From NCBI RefSeq assembly GCF_001194135.2, contig NC_068992.1:26287843-26351842 (forward strand): a stretch of DNA of 64,000 nucleotides, written 5' to 3'. This DNA comes from Octopus bimaculoides (lineage: Eukaryota). A program made the position numbers and the translations under genes. A model generated the notes under the pieces. It had not been told where the DNA came from. It ran no database searches and was given only the letters and a program-made list of their open reading frames with translations. This document shows, piece after piece, positions 12,600 through 25,158 of the stretch; position 1 is the first letter of the stretch, and each line of letters begins with the position of its first letter.

Positions 12600-12900
12600 A
12601 TAACCCAGTATAAGATTATAGGCTTTGAAATACCATATAAATATAGGGAGGGCACCCCAGAAATTGAAGCAACTCAGAAATATCAGGACATAATCGCAAA
12701 GATGGAAGACTAAAACACCAATTATTCGTCTGCTAATTTGTGTTTAATTTACAAAAGTCCCAAGCTGCTGCATAAGAGGCTCATGGATACTGGAATTGGA
12801 ACTCGCATCGTCGAATTGAAAGGTGCTCAAAAGACCAATCCCGTATTCCGCAAACATTTTAAGAAAAAATCATGGAATTGTGGTCCTTAGTTAATCTCCG
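12600..12900 (+). mobile_element. Possible decayed 3' end of an RLE-type LINE
   Basis: KIIGFEIPYK...EATQKYQDI resembles the RLE C-terminal pattern (ExTxPFE...KY); lies upstream of an (AAC)n(AAT)n array. Weak. Confidence 0.3.
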
Positions 12901-12970
12901 TTAACTTTTATAGCATGCAATTTTTGCAACAATACCGAAAACAGTAAAAAAAACAGCAACATCAATGATA

Positions 12971-12981
12971 ACAACAACAAC

Positions 12982-13074
<93 letters not shown>
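12971..13074. repeat. (AAC)n-(AAT)n compound microsatellite
   Basis: Directly visible. Confidence 0.95.
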
Positions 13075-13075
<1 letters not shown>

Positions 13076-14213
13076 GTGATGATGGTAATGATAATTTGGA
13101 ATAACACTTTAAAACCAAGAATATTTGAGTTTCAGTATAATGGAAATTTGAGAAAGCTGTTACTTTATTTGTGATTATTTAGATAGTTCCGTTCCGATGA
13201 ACGGCGTAATGAACTTCAGTTGTAATTCATTAGATTCAGAACGTAAAGGAACATAAATAAATGCCAGAAAAGATTTCGTCTGCCACTCTGATGATTTGTT
13301 CCGTCCATCGACATTTAATGTTAATATTTATAATTATAATTATAATCATAAAATAGGGAAACGTATTAAATTCTTTCATGAAAGGATGTGCACACCTTGT
13401 GCAGAGCTTTAAACACAACAATTCAATTAATACTATTTTGAAACAGGTCTTCTCTTGTTTAAAATGTCAGATGAAAAGCTTTCTTAATGATAATGTTAAA
13501 TATGAGACTCTACTAAAAAATAAAATTATATAGCTTGCGACAAATATAGTTTAATCGTGGATTACAATTATAAAATGTAAATGAAGCAAATGCTATTTTT
13601 TATTGATTAATTACAATCTTTTTGATATTTTTGATAATCAAAATTGAAGGTGCATATTCGTGTTCCACGGGATTATAAATTTCGGATGAAAGGAAATACG
13701 ATCATAGTAAATAAATTAAAAAGAACTCCTATTAAAATATTTAGAACAAAAGAATATCGCGCTTGGTAACATTTAAAACGAAATGAAGACTGCGTAATGT
13801 TGCCACTCGAAAGTATGTGAAAATTCTGAGACATACATGCTGTTCTATCATTCTATTTATTTTAATCATTGGACTGTAACGATGGCGGGGCACTAATTTG
13901 AAGAGTTTAATCCAGCACGTCAGCTACATTACTTGAAATTAAATCTGGTATTTATTTAATCGGAAGATGCACCGCCACACACGGCTATACAAGTAAACAG
14001 AGAGAGGGAGAGAAAGAGAAAAAGAGAGATAAATAGAGAGGGAAATGCAGAGAGATACAAAGACAGACAGAGTTATACCAAAAACACTATGGACAAACTT
14101 CTCTACCAAATTCATTCACAACCTAATAGATCCAGGGCTACTGTGGAAGGCAATACTATTATATGCATGTAAAATTTCTTAACCACATACATATAATATA
14201 TATATATATATAT

Positions 14214-14385
14214 AGGGAGAATTCACAAAAAAAAAACAACAGACGAAGACAGGTGATGTAGAAAACAAACAGAAGTATTAGTATAACGCTCGAAATTGAA
14301 AAAGTCTTTACCGTTTCGAGTCTACGCTCTTCCACAGAAACAAGGAGAGAAAACAATTTGTGTAGTGGTTAGCGATCTATCATGG
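14214..14385 (-). mobile_element. (TA)n-flanked interspersed repeat with hammerhead-like motif (Penelope pLTR-like), copy 1
   Basis: Homologous over about 170 bp to the reverse complement of 59856-60046; minus strand 14341-14305 reads GTTT-CTGTGGAA-GAGCGTAGACTC-GAAACGGT-AAAGA. Confidence 0.65.
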
Positions 14386-14460
14386 TGAATATCTATCTCT
14401 CTCTCTATATAAATATAGATATATATATACATACATACATATACACATATATATATATAC

Positions 14461-14494
<34 letters not shown>

Positions 14495-15085
14495 NNNNNN
14501 NNNNNNNNNNNNNNNNNNNNNNNNNNNNNNNNNNNNNNNNNNNNNNNNNNNNNTATACATATATATATATGTAGGTATGTAGATGTATTTTTTATGTATG
14601 TATGCATGTACGCATGTGTGTGCTTGTCTGTGTATGTGTGTGTGTGTGTGAGATAGAGAGATTGGCTATAAGATAGCCACATGCCAGTAGAAAGTATGAA
14701 ATTGGATAGAAAATTCGTCGGAGAAAGATACTGTTTCATGGAGAAAGAAGGACAAATCTTTAGTATTATTCTGCTGGGTCTCTGTGACAAAATCAGCGCT
14801 CATATACCGAAGAAAAACTGGAAAAAAGTGACGGACCATAGGGTCAAAATTGCGTGAGAGAGAATGTCTGAAAAAAATGCAAGAAAACACGATACAAAAG
14901 ATGGATCTATAAAATTCAGAACGGAAATAGGAATCGAAAATTTGATACATCATTAGCAAAAGACATATTTAGAACCAATAAAAGAGACCTGTGAAAGTTA
15001 TTTAAAATTTAGTGATGATTTTTATATGATATTCAATTAAGATGGTTCAAAGGAATCAAGATATTACGCAGAGTACTCCCTCTTC

Positions 15086-15543
15086 TTACTCTTTTACTCT
15101 TTTACTTGTTTCAGTCATTTGACTGCGGCCATACTGGAGCACCGCCTTTAGTCGAGCAAATCGACCCCAGAACTTATTCTTTGGCAGCCTGGTACGTANN
15201 NNNNNNNNAACTTATTCTTTGGCAGCCTGGTACGTATCTTATTCTATCGGTCTCTTTCGCCAAACCGCTATGTTACGGGGACGTAAACACACCACCATCG
15301 GTTGTTAAGTGATGTAGGGAGGACAAATTCAGAAACAAACATATACACACACATACGTATATACATATATATATATATATATATATACACGACAGGCTTC
15401 TTTCAGTTCCCGTCTACCAAATCCACTCACAAGGCTTTGGTCGACTCAAGGCTATAGTAGAAGATACTTGCCCAAGGTGCCACGCAGTGGGTATGAACCC
15501 GGGACTATGTGGTTAGTAAGCAAGCTACTTACCACACAGCCAC
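15086..15543 (-). mobile_element. tRNA-derived SINE, family C (internal TA/TG microsatellite)
   Basis: Minus strand TGGCTGTGTGGTAAGTAGC head, CTTGGGCAAGTATCTTCTACTATAGCC, internal TA tract, tail GCCGCAGTCAAATGACTGAAACAAGTAAAAGAGTAAAAGAG; five copies in the window. Confidence 0.85.
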
Positions 15544-15599
15544 TTTCTAAACTTTGTAAAATAACAATAAGAGCAATAACAATAGTTGTTATGAGGCTA

Positions 15600-16853
15600 A
15601 AACATGAAATTCATCACAACATATTTCAAAAATGCGGAAATTTTGTTCATCAAAGTAAGTACCATTACAATCAACACATTTTTGCCAACGAGTTACAAAT
15701 GTGTTTATTCCGGTAACATAAAAATCTGGACTTCTGGAGCTAATGAACTCTTTAAACGCACTTTCAGCATCGCTTTGATTTTTTTTAACTCCTTTTCTCG
15801 TAGGAAACCATCAAGACGATTGAAAAAGCGGTAGTTGGTAGGAGAAAGGTTTGGAGAATAAGTTTGGTGGAGACGAACTTCGTAGCCAAGTTCCCTCAAC
15901 TTATGAAGCATCATTAGTGAAACGTGTTGTGGAGCTTTGTCATGAAGAATGACTGGCCCTCTTCTGTTGACCAGTCTGAGACGGAGGAGTAGCAGTTTTT
16001 CGTTCATTTTGGCAATTTCATTGTAATATGTTTCTGCAGTAATGGTTTTTCCAGGTTTCAAGAAGTTATAGCGGATGAGTCCAGTAGTACACTACCAAAC
16101 AGTCATCATAACCTTCTTTTTGAAGAGCTCGGATTTAGAGAAGGTTTTCGGTGCTTCATTTTGGTCCAATCACTGCGAAGAACATCTTTTATTATTGTAC
16201 GGAATCCACTTTTCATCGCAAGTTACCACACGATCGAGACATGGATCGGTTTGGTTACGAACTAGAAGCGACAAGCAAATTTCGTAACAGCGCATTTTCT
16301 GATTTTCATTTAAATCATGTGCTACCCAGTGTTTAGTTCTTTGATTTTCCGATCGCATGCAAATGGTTGGAGGCAGTTGTCTGTCTAAGCTGAAGTTCTT
16401 TTGCCAGTTCTCGAGTGGTTTTACGTGGATCTTTCTCAATGACGGTCTTTAATTGAGCGTCTTCGATGAGAGATGGGTGTCCATTACGCTCACGATCTTC
16501 AAAGCTCAGGTCTCTACTGCGAAATCTTTCAAACCATTTTTGAGCTGACCACTCACTGGTCATTTCCTCATCAAACGTTTCGTAGATATCGCGAGCAATT
16601 TCAGCTGTTTGCATCCTTCTTTGAATTTGAATAGCAAAACTGCTCGAATATCGCGCTTTGACAGTTCCATACCAGATAATTGTAACAATGGTGAAAAAAG
16701 TATCAATCTTAATTTATTGATGCATTTGGGCAAATCAATGTCTGTATTATCAGACAAGTGCCAAACAAATTGTTTAAAAATATTAAAAACTCTGCAAATA
16801 TCCGGTACAAATTCTTCATGATTCAAGCTTTGCTTAATTTTTACTCAACCTGA
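15600..16853 (-). mobile_element. Decayed mariner (DD34D-type) transposon with frameshifted transposase at about 16670-15646
   Basis: Pieces: MELSKRDIRAVLLFKFKEG, WSAQKWFERFRS...EDRERNGHP, WVAHDLNENQK, VVTCDEKWIPYNN, ILHDKAPQH, YSPNLSPTNYRFF, RWQKCVDCNGTYFD. A 5' TIR-like TA-TCAGGTTGAGTAAAAATT ends at 16855; no 3' TIR found. Confidence 0.9.
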
Positions 16854-17394
16854 TAGATTGTTATGACTATGTCTTCATTCGGCGAAAGAGGTTTCGAAAC
16901 CATTTTTATTTTCTTTGGTAATATTAATGCAGCAGCGCTTCCTTTTAATTAGTTCGCACGTTATTTTTATATTCTGCTTTGTCAACGCTTTGTCACATTG
17001 TACAGCAGATTCCATTAATATTGCGATATCACATTCGTCTCTCCTATCGCTTTAGATCTTTATTCGTTTATTTCACAAATATACTCCAATGCCACATTTA
17101 GAACCAATGTAAATGATTGTAACGAGAATGACTGGTGGCCAATGGAACAACGATGTTCTCAAAGTACTCTTTAAATCGAAATAGTGAATCAGTTTGCTCT
17201 GCTCCTGTTCGGACACGAGTTGACGATTACACATATCATTCATAGCTTTATCGTCTGCTTCCAGATTCACTACTGCAAAAGGAATTATTTCACGATTCCT
17301 CAAAAGTTTATAAATTCCTATGACGCTAGCAACATACATGCATACATGTATACATACATATATCTTTCTATCTATACACATGTATTCATATATA

Positions 17395-17451
<57 letters not shown>

Positions 17452-18045
17452 GCAATACCATGCACTTGCATGCACACGTGCACACGCACACGTACACATC
17501 ACACGAAACATGTCTATGATATATGTGGTGAGGCAAGAAGGAGAGTGATCGATCAAAACCTGAAATTTCAACATTTAAAAATATATTCCATTTTATGAAT
17601 TCATCGATCACCCTATTTTCCTCGCTTACATTTGCCATAAAACGAAGATTTAAATGAATTGTTTAGTAGGGGAATGATAAAAGGAAACTTTATGCAAGTT
17701 CAAGGAGCTACCACCATAGCCGCCGCCCCGAAGTATCAATGTACGTCTTTTCCTTTTCCCATTTTCGGCATACTATTCATTGTGCACAACTTTTACTGTT
17801 CTTCATTTGTGGTTATATTTTATCCAAAGCTTTTCAAACTTTTGATGCAACCCGTTGTAATCTCTCGCAGTGTTTATCCATCCGTCTGTCATTTCTGTTG
17901 TTCCAACTGCGCTATTTCACTTAACAATAAAATCATATATTTGTTCTTTACATACATACGTACATATAAACATACACACATACATATACGTGCTTACACA
18001 CCCGCCTTCATCTTTTGTTTTTCTGTAAACTCTCACTATATATTC

Positions 18046-18167
<122 letters not shown>

Positions 18168-18225
18168 GCGTATCTATGTATATGTATATTTTCACGCACT
18201 AACAGATATAAAATTAACTATTTCT

Positions 18226-18420
18226 ACTCTAAGCACAAGGCCTTTCAAATTTTGAGGGCAACGGGTTAGTCGATTATTTCGACCCCAGTGCGTAACTGGT
18301 ACGTACCAATGGATGAAATTCAAAATCGACCTCGGCGGAAATTGAGCTCATAACGTAACGCCAGGGGAAATACTACTAAGCACTTCGCCCGACGTGCTGA
18401 CTATTCTGCCAAGTCGCCGG
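18226..18420 (-). mobile_element. SINE family B copy
   Basis: Reverse complement contains GGCGACTTGGCAGAATAGTCAGCACG, GAGCTCAATTCCGCCGAGGTCGA, CCAGTTACGCACTGGGGTCGAAATAATCGACT. Confidence 0.8.
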
Positions 18421-19295
18421 TTTAACATATAAAAAATAATATATAAACCAAATGAGAATAAAATCTATAAAACCAGATAAATTTTAAGACGCATAGAAAT
18501 AGATTATGTAAGAAAAGAGCAAGTATTTGAAACTATTGTACACATGTTAATAGAAATATATTTTAGAAAACGATACAACATTAGAACATATTTAACAAAG
18601 AATGGTATGTGGTTAAAAATAATCTTATTATAGAGTAAATTTAATGACTACCACGAAGCTAATTTACATCTAAGGAAACCGCTAGGAAATAAAACTCGAA
18701 TCTGTGCAGCATTCTTATTTTATTTAAATGCTAACTTATTATTTAGTAGTGTTGCATAATTGATTCAGTCATATACAGTTGCATTCTGTTTTACAGCTGA
18801 AATCATTAAAACAATTTGACAAGGTATATAAACAAGGTTATTGAATTTCAATAGAATAACAACCACCACTCCAAAGAAGTCGAAAAGAACGTAAACTATT
18901 TTACATACTAATAAAAGTTTATGTCAATGAATTTTTGTTTTTATTTTCAAATGCTATGTTGACAGCCTTATTGTTGAATTTGCAATTTGTGTGGATATAG
19001 GAACAAACGGAATTATTTTCAAAACAAGGGAAACACATGGGACTCGCCTGAGTACGCAATATAGAAAGTAGATATAGTAAAAATAGGTGAGAATGCAAAA
19101 AAAAGAAAAGGAGAAGGCAGGAAAAAATGTAGAGCGAATGTTGTAGTTAGATACTTTGAGAGGCAGGTATAAGAAAAACAACATATAATTCAAAATACTT
19201 AAACGCCATGAATAGAGGAAAGGTAAAGTAGAACTGTGCACCTAAACGGTAAATCACACACACACGCACGTATATACCAACATATATATATATAC

Positions 19296-19345
<50 letters not shown>

Positions 19346-19521
19346 NNNNNNNNNNNNNNNNNNNNNNNNNNNNNNNNNNNNNNNNNNNNNNNNNNNNNNN
19401 NNNNNNNNNNNNNNNNNNNNNNNNNNNNNNNNNNNNNNNNNNNNNNNNNNNNNNNNNNNNNNNNNNNNNNNNNNNNNNNNNNNNTATATATATATATATA
19501 TATATATATATAGCAATATAT

Positions 19522-19571
<50 letters not shown>

Positions 19572-19664
19572 ACATATACATACATACATACACACACGCA
19601 TATATATGTCTATATATTTATTTTATATTTACCACTAAAAATTAGTTGTCGATAATTTATATAC

Positions 19665-19945
19665 GCTGTTGTTGTTTGTTCCTTCTTGAGTCATGCCTGG
19701 CTCATAAGGCCCGATTTCTTGGAAGGGACGCTGGTCTGCCGCAGGTGAACTGCTGGATGCAGGTGGAATGAGTGAGAGAAACCTGAGGCGAAAGAATCAG
19801 CAGAAGTTCGGCATTACCTTCTGCCCGAGCCGCGTGGAGCTGAAGTATTTTGCTCATAAACACACACATCACTTGGTCTAAGATTCGAACCAGCGATCCC
19901 TCCACCGAGAATCCGTTGCCCTAACCACTTGGTCATGTGCTTCCA
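19665..19945 (-). mobile_element. tRNA-derived SINE, family D, with RTE-like 3' tail
   Basis: Minus strand GGAAGCACATGACCAAGTGGTTAG (A box), GGTTCGAATC (B box), ending GACTCAAGAAGGAACAAACAACAACA. Confidence 0.75.
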
Positions 19946-21147
19946 TTAATTTATATATATGTACGTGCAATAAATTAATACTTATAAAATGTTCGCTAAA
20001 TATATATTGTTTTATTCATAGTTTGGTAGACCTAATGAGCTGATAGATCATCCAGCATATACGTAATGGGAAATCTTGTCCTCACTTATTTTCGTAAGCG
20101 TAAGGTTACATTTTTTTCCAACATTGGAAGGCACTGAGTGAAGTGTGTTAACTGATGTCCTTTAGAAGTGGAATTGATGGATTTGCATGTGTTTTAAATG
20201 GAATAAGAGAAAAAGATCAAATTTCTATGTTATTCTTATATCAAATATAGAGAACGAGAAATAGATTTAGCAACATTCTTGAGGTATGAAATATTTAACC
20301 GACTATTAAATCTATATATGTCGATGCTATTCTAATTTGGGATAGTTACAAGATATTTGAAACAGAACTGGAGTAATTAATTAGTATGAACCTTCACAAC
20401 ATAAATATATTCAATATTAAATTATAGTAAATGGAAGAGTACAAGAGATTAAAACCAGTGAAAAATCCAGAAACACACGCCCGGGATGAAAGCTAAATGA
20501 TAATTTGCAGTGAACTACATAGCATTTATTAATTAATATTGTTTGCGTGGTGTTTAGAAAGTCGTTGAAAAATTAAAGTGATACGTAAAAAAGTATCTAG
20601 AAGCAGCCGTAACACAGCATAAAGAGCAGACAACCTGATTTGAAATAAGTCCTGTGAGATGCAGAAATTTTAGCAGGGAGATATTCATGAGCTGTCCCCA
20701 CGAGACAAAATTATCCTCTAATCTCATAATTTTTCTTCCTCTCATCATACTTCTACCTTTTCTTTGTCTTTTGCCTGTCTAATTGTTCTCCTCTTGTTTG
20801 TTTTTTTATTCCCGCTATCACCGTATCAACAATAACATAATGACATAATTTTTAAGCAGCTATAATTTATCAACTTGTATTATGTACCCACTCTGTTGTG
20901 GTCACTTGGTTGATTTCACAAACACACAATATGTATCTGTCTGTTTGTCTGCCTGTTTTCATTATATATTAAGTTATTAAGTTGTAAAGCATCATCTGTG
21001 AGCTTGTGCATTGGTGCCTGTTTGTGTGATTATATAATTTAATAGGTATTTGTGGGAATGCTTTCATGTGTGAGCTCTGTATAACGTGCAAGATACTAGA
21101 CAAAAGTACTTCGTCTGTGAAAAGTAGTTCAGTACTATGAAATGTTC

Positions 21148-21365
21148 CTGGACACTGAGTCTTTTTATTTCCATGTCTGCGACTTGAAATATGTAAGATA
21201 TTCATATTGTTACGTTATAACTGCTTTTAAGCTATATGCTCTAAAAGGATATTATTGAATATTTCTGGATACTGAGTCTTTTTATTTCCATGTCTGCGAC
21301 TTGAAATATGTAAGGTATACATATTGTTACTTTATACTGCTTTTAAGCTATATGCTCTAAAAGGA
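21148..21365. repeat. Tandem duplication, 117-bp period, about 1.9 copies
   Basis: CTGGA(C/T)ACTGAGTCTTTTTATTTCCATGTCTGCGACTTGAAATATGTAAG...GCTCTAAAAGGA starts at 21148 and again at 21265 with few differences. Confidence 0.9.
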
Positions 21366-22639
21366 ATTTTAGTTGCTGCTAGAGCATAACGGAAACATAC
21401 ATCAACCATTTTAAGAAATGACATAAAATTAATATCTCATAAGAATATATTTCATCCTCGGAAGTTTTTTATGCTCCCCTCGATAAATTACTTCAAGCAC
21501 AATAAGAAAATGCACAAGATAAGAATAAAGTCTCACAAATTATCTCGATACATTAAAAGTATCAAGGATATCTTCTATCAGATGATGGACTGCGGTCTAA
21601 ACAGTTGGGATGGTCGTAATGAGAGCAACTTCATTCAAAGTTTAATCCTAGTCGGTCGGCACTGATCCGAAGCAAAACAAATATAACAGCACAAATACTA
21701 ATAATTAGGGCTAAGTGCCACTGTTATCCAGTTGGAAAAAAAACAGCGCTTAATGTAACTGTAGCAGGAAACCTCGAAACCAAGAAGTTTTCAGAGAAAT
21801 ATCCTGAAGAAAATACGATAAAAAATAGTTTTATGTATCCTTCTGATATCATGGTAATAAGATGTACGAGATATTTTGAACGTGAAACGTTAGTTATTGA
21901 GAGTATAGAAGTGAAAGAAACATTAACAAGTATACTTGTTGCAATATCATTCAATGTATTTTACTAACTATAGACCGTAATGATGTATGTAAAAATATTC
22001 TTTCACCGTATTAACATAAACATTTGGAAGAAGTAGCTATTGCAACTGTAAGCTGATATAAAGAAGACATCACTATATACTTGACTCAACATACAAGATA
22101 CACAAACGTGCATACACACATGCACGCACATATACAGACACACCAAACGCACTCATACATACATACACACACATCTATATATATATATATCCTTTAATTT
22201 CTATATGTATACACAAATATATATACGCAGATATAAAATTTATACACATGCGCACACGCACACACACACACANNNNNNNNNNNNNNNNNNNNNNNNNNNN
22301 NNNNNNNNNNNNNNNNNNNNNNNNNNNNNNNNNNNNNNNNNNNNNNNNNNNNNNNNNNNNNNNNNNNNNNNNNNNNNNNNNNNNNNNNNNNNNNNNNNNN
22401 NNNNNNNNNNNNNNNNNNNNNNNNNNNNNNNNNNNNNNNNNNNNNNNNNNNNNNNNNNNNNNNNNNNNNNNNNNNNNNNNNNNNNNNNNNNNNNNNNNNN
22501 NNNNNNNNNNNNNNNNNNNNNNNNNNNNNNNNNNNNNNNNNNNNNNNNNNNNNNNNNNNNNNNNNNNNNNNNNNNNNNNNNNNNNNNNNNNNNNNNNNNN
22601 NNNNNNNNNNNNNNNNNNNNATATATATATATATATATA

Positions 22640-24043
22640 CAGGGTGTTTCAAAAACTTTGATGTCAATTGAGATGTAAATATCACAGAAACTACAAAAGC
22701 AAAGCAAATTAAATTAAACAGGTTTAATGTTGAGCAATATAAGATTTATTCCTCCAAATTTAAATGAGAAATTCAAAGGTATGTGGATTCCATGATCGAT
22801 TTCACAAATGTACAATATGCACACTGCCTAAGACACAACACACGTCAAGTCGGTTGTCCAGCTCCCCCCAACATGCTGCATCATGTATTGGGTAACAGTA
22901 CCCAGTGCGGTAGTGATTCTCTGCTCGAGATGCTCCAGGTGTGCAGGAAGAGTGGGGTCATAGACCAGGGCCTTCACATAGCCCTAGAAAAATAATCGCA
23001 AGGTGTCAGGTCAGGTGTACGTGGCGGCCATTTCAACAGCACCTTATCTGGTCCATCTCCCTCGCAGATTGTCATTGAGATAAGTCCGTATAGTGAACTT
23101 CCCGTGCGGGGAAAAATGAAATCTTCATATTCATTTGTAAGGAGCTCATACATCCATTAGCCAGTTCTGAAGTATTTGCAAGTAAACATCGCTGGTCACA
23201 TTTTCTTCAAAGAAAAACGGGCTAAGAAGATCCTTGTTGGAGATGGTGCAGGACAAATTCACTTTTGGTGAGTCCCTCTCATGCTCAACTGTGACATGGG
23301 GATTTTCTTTGCTCCAACTGCGAACATTATACATTTTGACTTTACCGTCCGTATGAAATGTGGCCTCACCACTCAAAACAAGACTTTCCTTGAACTCGGC
23401 TTCTTCAAACTGCTCTTGCATATAAACACAAAATTGTTTGCGCTTTCGCTTCTCATCTGCCGTTATGGCCTGAACGAGCTGCAGCTTGTAGGGTTTCATT
23501 AGCAAACGTTTCCTCAGGACGTGCCAAACTGACGTTGCAGGAATCTGGGACTTATTGTTTTTGAGGCTTCACAAGAGTTTTTGGCGAACCCGCTCGACCG
23601 TCTTTTCCGACGTTAGTGGTCGTCCAGATCCTTTTGCCCTGCACAGAAAGCCTTTCTCTTTGAATTTTTTATGCCATGTCCAAATCTGCATAGCCATTTG
23701 TGACGTTTTAGTGAACTCTCTCGCAAATGCACGCTACACAGTCTTATTCGACTGTGTTCGAGCACACTCCAACACACACAAAACGATTTTTCTCTTTCAG
23801 TGAATGTCATTTCTATACCTGAAAAGATAGACAAATTAAACATTAAACATAAAAGTTTGATCTGTTTCTACACATGCTGTTTGGCTGTGTGGTAAGTAGC
23901 TTGCTTACAAACCACATGGTTCTGGGTTCAGTCCTACTGCGTAGCACTTTGGTTAAGTGTCTTCTACTATAGCCTCGGGCCGACCAAAGCGTTGTGAGTG
24001 GATTTGGTAGATGGAAACTGACAGACGCCAGTCGTATGAATAC

Positions 24044-24079
<36 letters not shown>

Positions 24080-24347
24080 TTGTCCGCCAACATAGTTTGA
24101 CGACAGACGCTGGTGTGTTATCGTCCCCGTAACTTAGCGGTTCGTCTAAAAATAACGATAGAATAAGTACTACGCTTACAAAGAATAAGTCATGGGGTCG
24201 ATTTGCTCAACGAAAGGCGTTGCTCCAGCATGGCCAAAGTCAAATGACTGAAACAATTAAAAGAGTAAAAGAGTAAAAGAGTCATTTGAACAAGAACTGG
24301 CAAAGTTATTAGATTGCGAAATGGTATCAAACTTTTGAAATACCCTG
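22640..24347 (-). mobile_element. Full-length decayed Tc1/mariner element (maT/rosa-like, WPPRxPDL type); transposase remnant about 23810-22802
   Basis: TIRs CAGGGTGTTTCAAAAACTTTGAT (22640) and ATCAAACTTTTGAAATACCCTG (to 24347), both flanked by TA. Transposase pieces MTFTEREK..., WHKKFKEKG..GSGRP, KPYKLQLVQ, SGEATFH, WSKENPH, WPPRTPDLTPCDYF, ELDNRLDVC..HIVHL. Confidence 0.9.
23875..24282 (+). mobile_element. SINE family C nested inside the Tc1/mariner element
   Basis: TGGCTGTGTGGTAAGTAGC head, GGTTCAGTCC B-box-like, internal TA/TG tract, (AAGAGTA)n tail; lies between the transposase start and the TIR at 24347. Confidence 0.85.
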
Positions 24348-24376
24348 TACGCGTCCATTTGCAAGTAAGTTTTAAC

Positions 24377-24416
<40 letters not shown>

Positions 24417-24500
24417 NNNNNNNNNNNNNNNNNNNNNNNNNNNNNNNNNNNNNNNNNNNNNNNNNNNNNNNNNNNNNNNNNNNNNNNNNNNNNNNNNGAG

Positions 24501-24543
<43 letters not shown>

Positions 24544-24709
24544 CACACACACATATTTATATATAAATATATATGAAATTAAAACATAGGGTAAAAAATC
24601 AGATATTAATTAATATCGATTTATTACCTGGAAGCTAGCACATTAAAAGAATCAGAGAGATTCAGAAAAAATATCTAAGATCTTAGGGGATTAATGTATA
24701 TATTTATAT

Positions 24710-25108
24710 ATAACGATGACTACTACGTGGACATTTAATGTGCTAGAATAAGATCACATGTTGTGTCGACTAAGACCTAATAGTTCTCAAAAGAAATTCA
24801 GCGAAATACCAAACCGTATGCGGCATGACAGTGAAAATTACATTAAAAAAAATAAAACATTATCATTCGTGGACCGATTTCGGAATTAACATTCTCTTAC
24901 TGAAAATATCTGACCCTCTTCAGCACGATTTGCAAGAAAATTGTAATTCCCAGAATTTGTTTTATTTTCGTTTATGTAATTTTCACTGTATCGCCCGTAT
25001 ACGGTTTGGTATTTCGCTGAATTTCTTTTGAGAACTATTATGTCTTAGTAGACACAAGATGTGATCTTCTTCTAGCACATTAAATGTCCACGTAGTGGTC
25101 ATCGTCAT
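24710..25108. mobile_element. Foldback-type MITE with about 150-bp terminal inverted repeats
   Basis: 24710-24859 is the reverse complement of 24958-25108 at roughly 90% identity by eye; 98-bp spacer; TA-rich flanks. Confidence 0.85.
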
Positions 25109-25118
25109 NNNNNNNNNN

Positions 25119-25158
<40 letters not shown>

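Noticed and set aside
15171-15236. 28-bp exact direct repeat either side of a 10-N gap
   Set aside because: Typical unmerged contig overlap, an assembly artefact.
21040-21140. Cys-rich peptide GICGNAFMCELCITCK after an AG
   Set aside because: Weak acceptor and no evidence linking it to any upstream exon.
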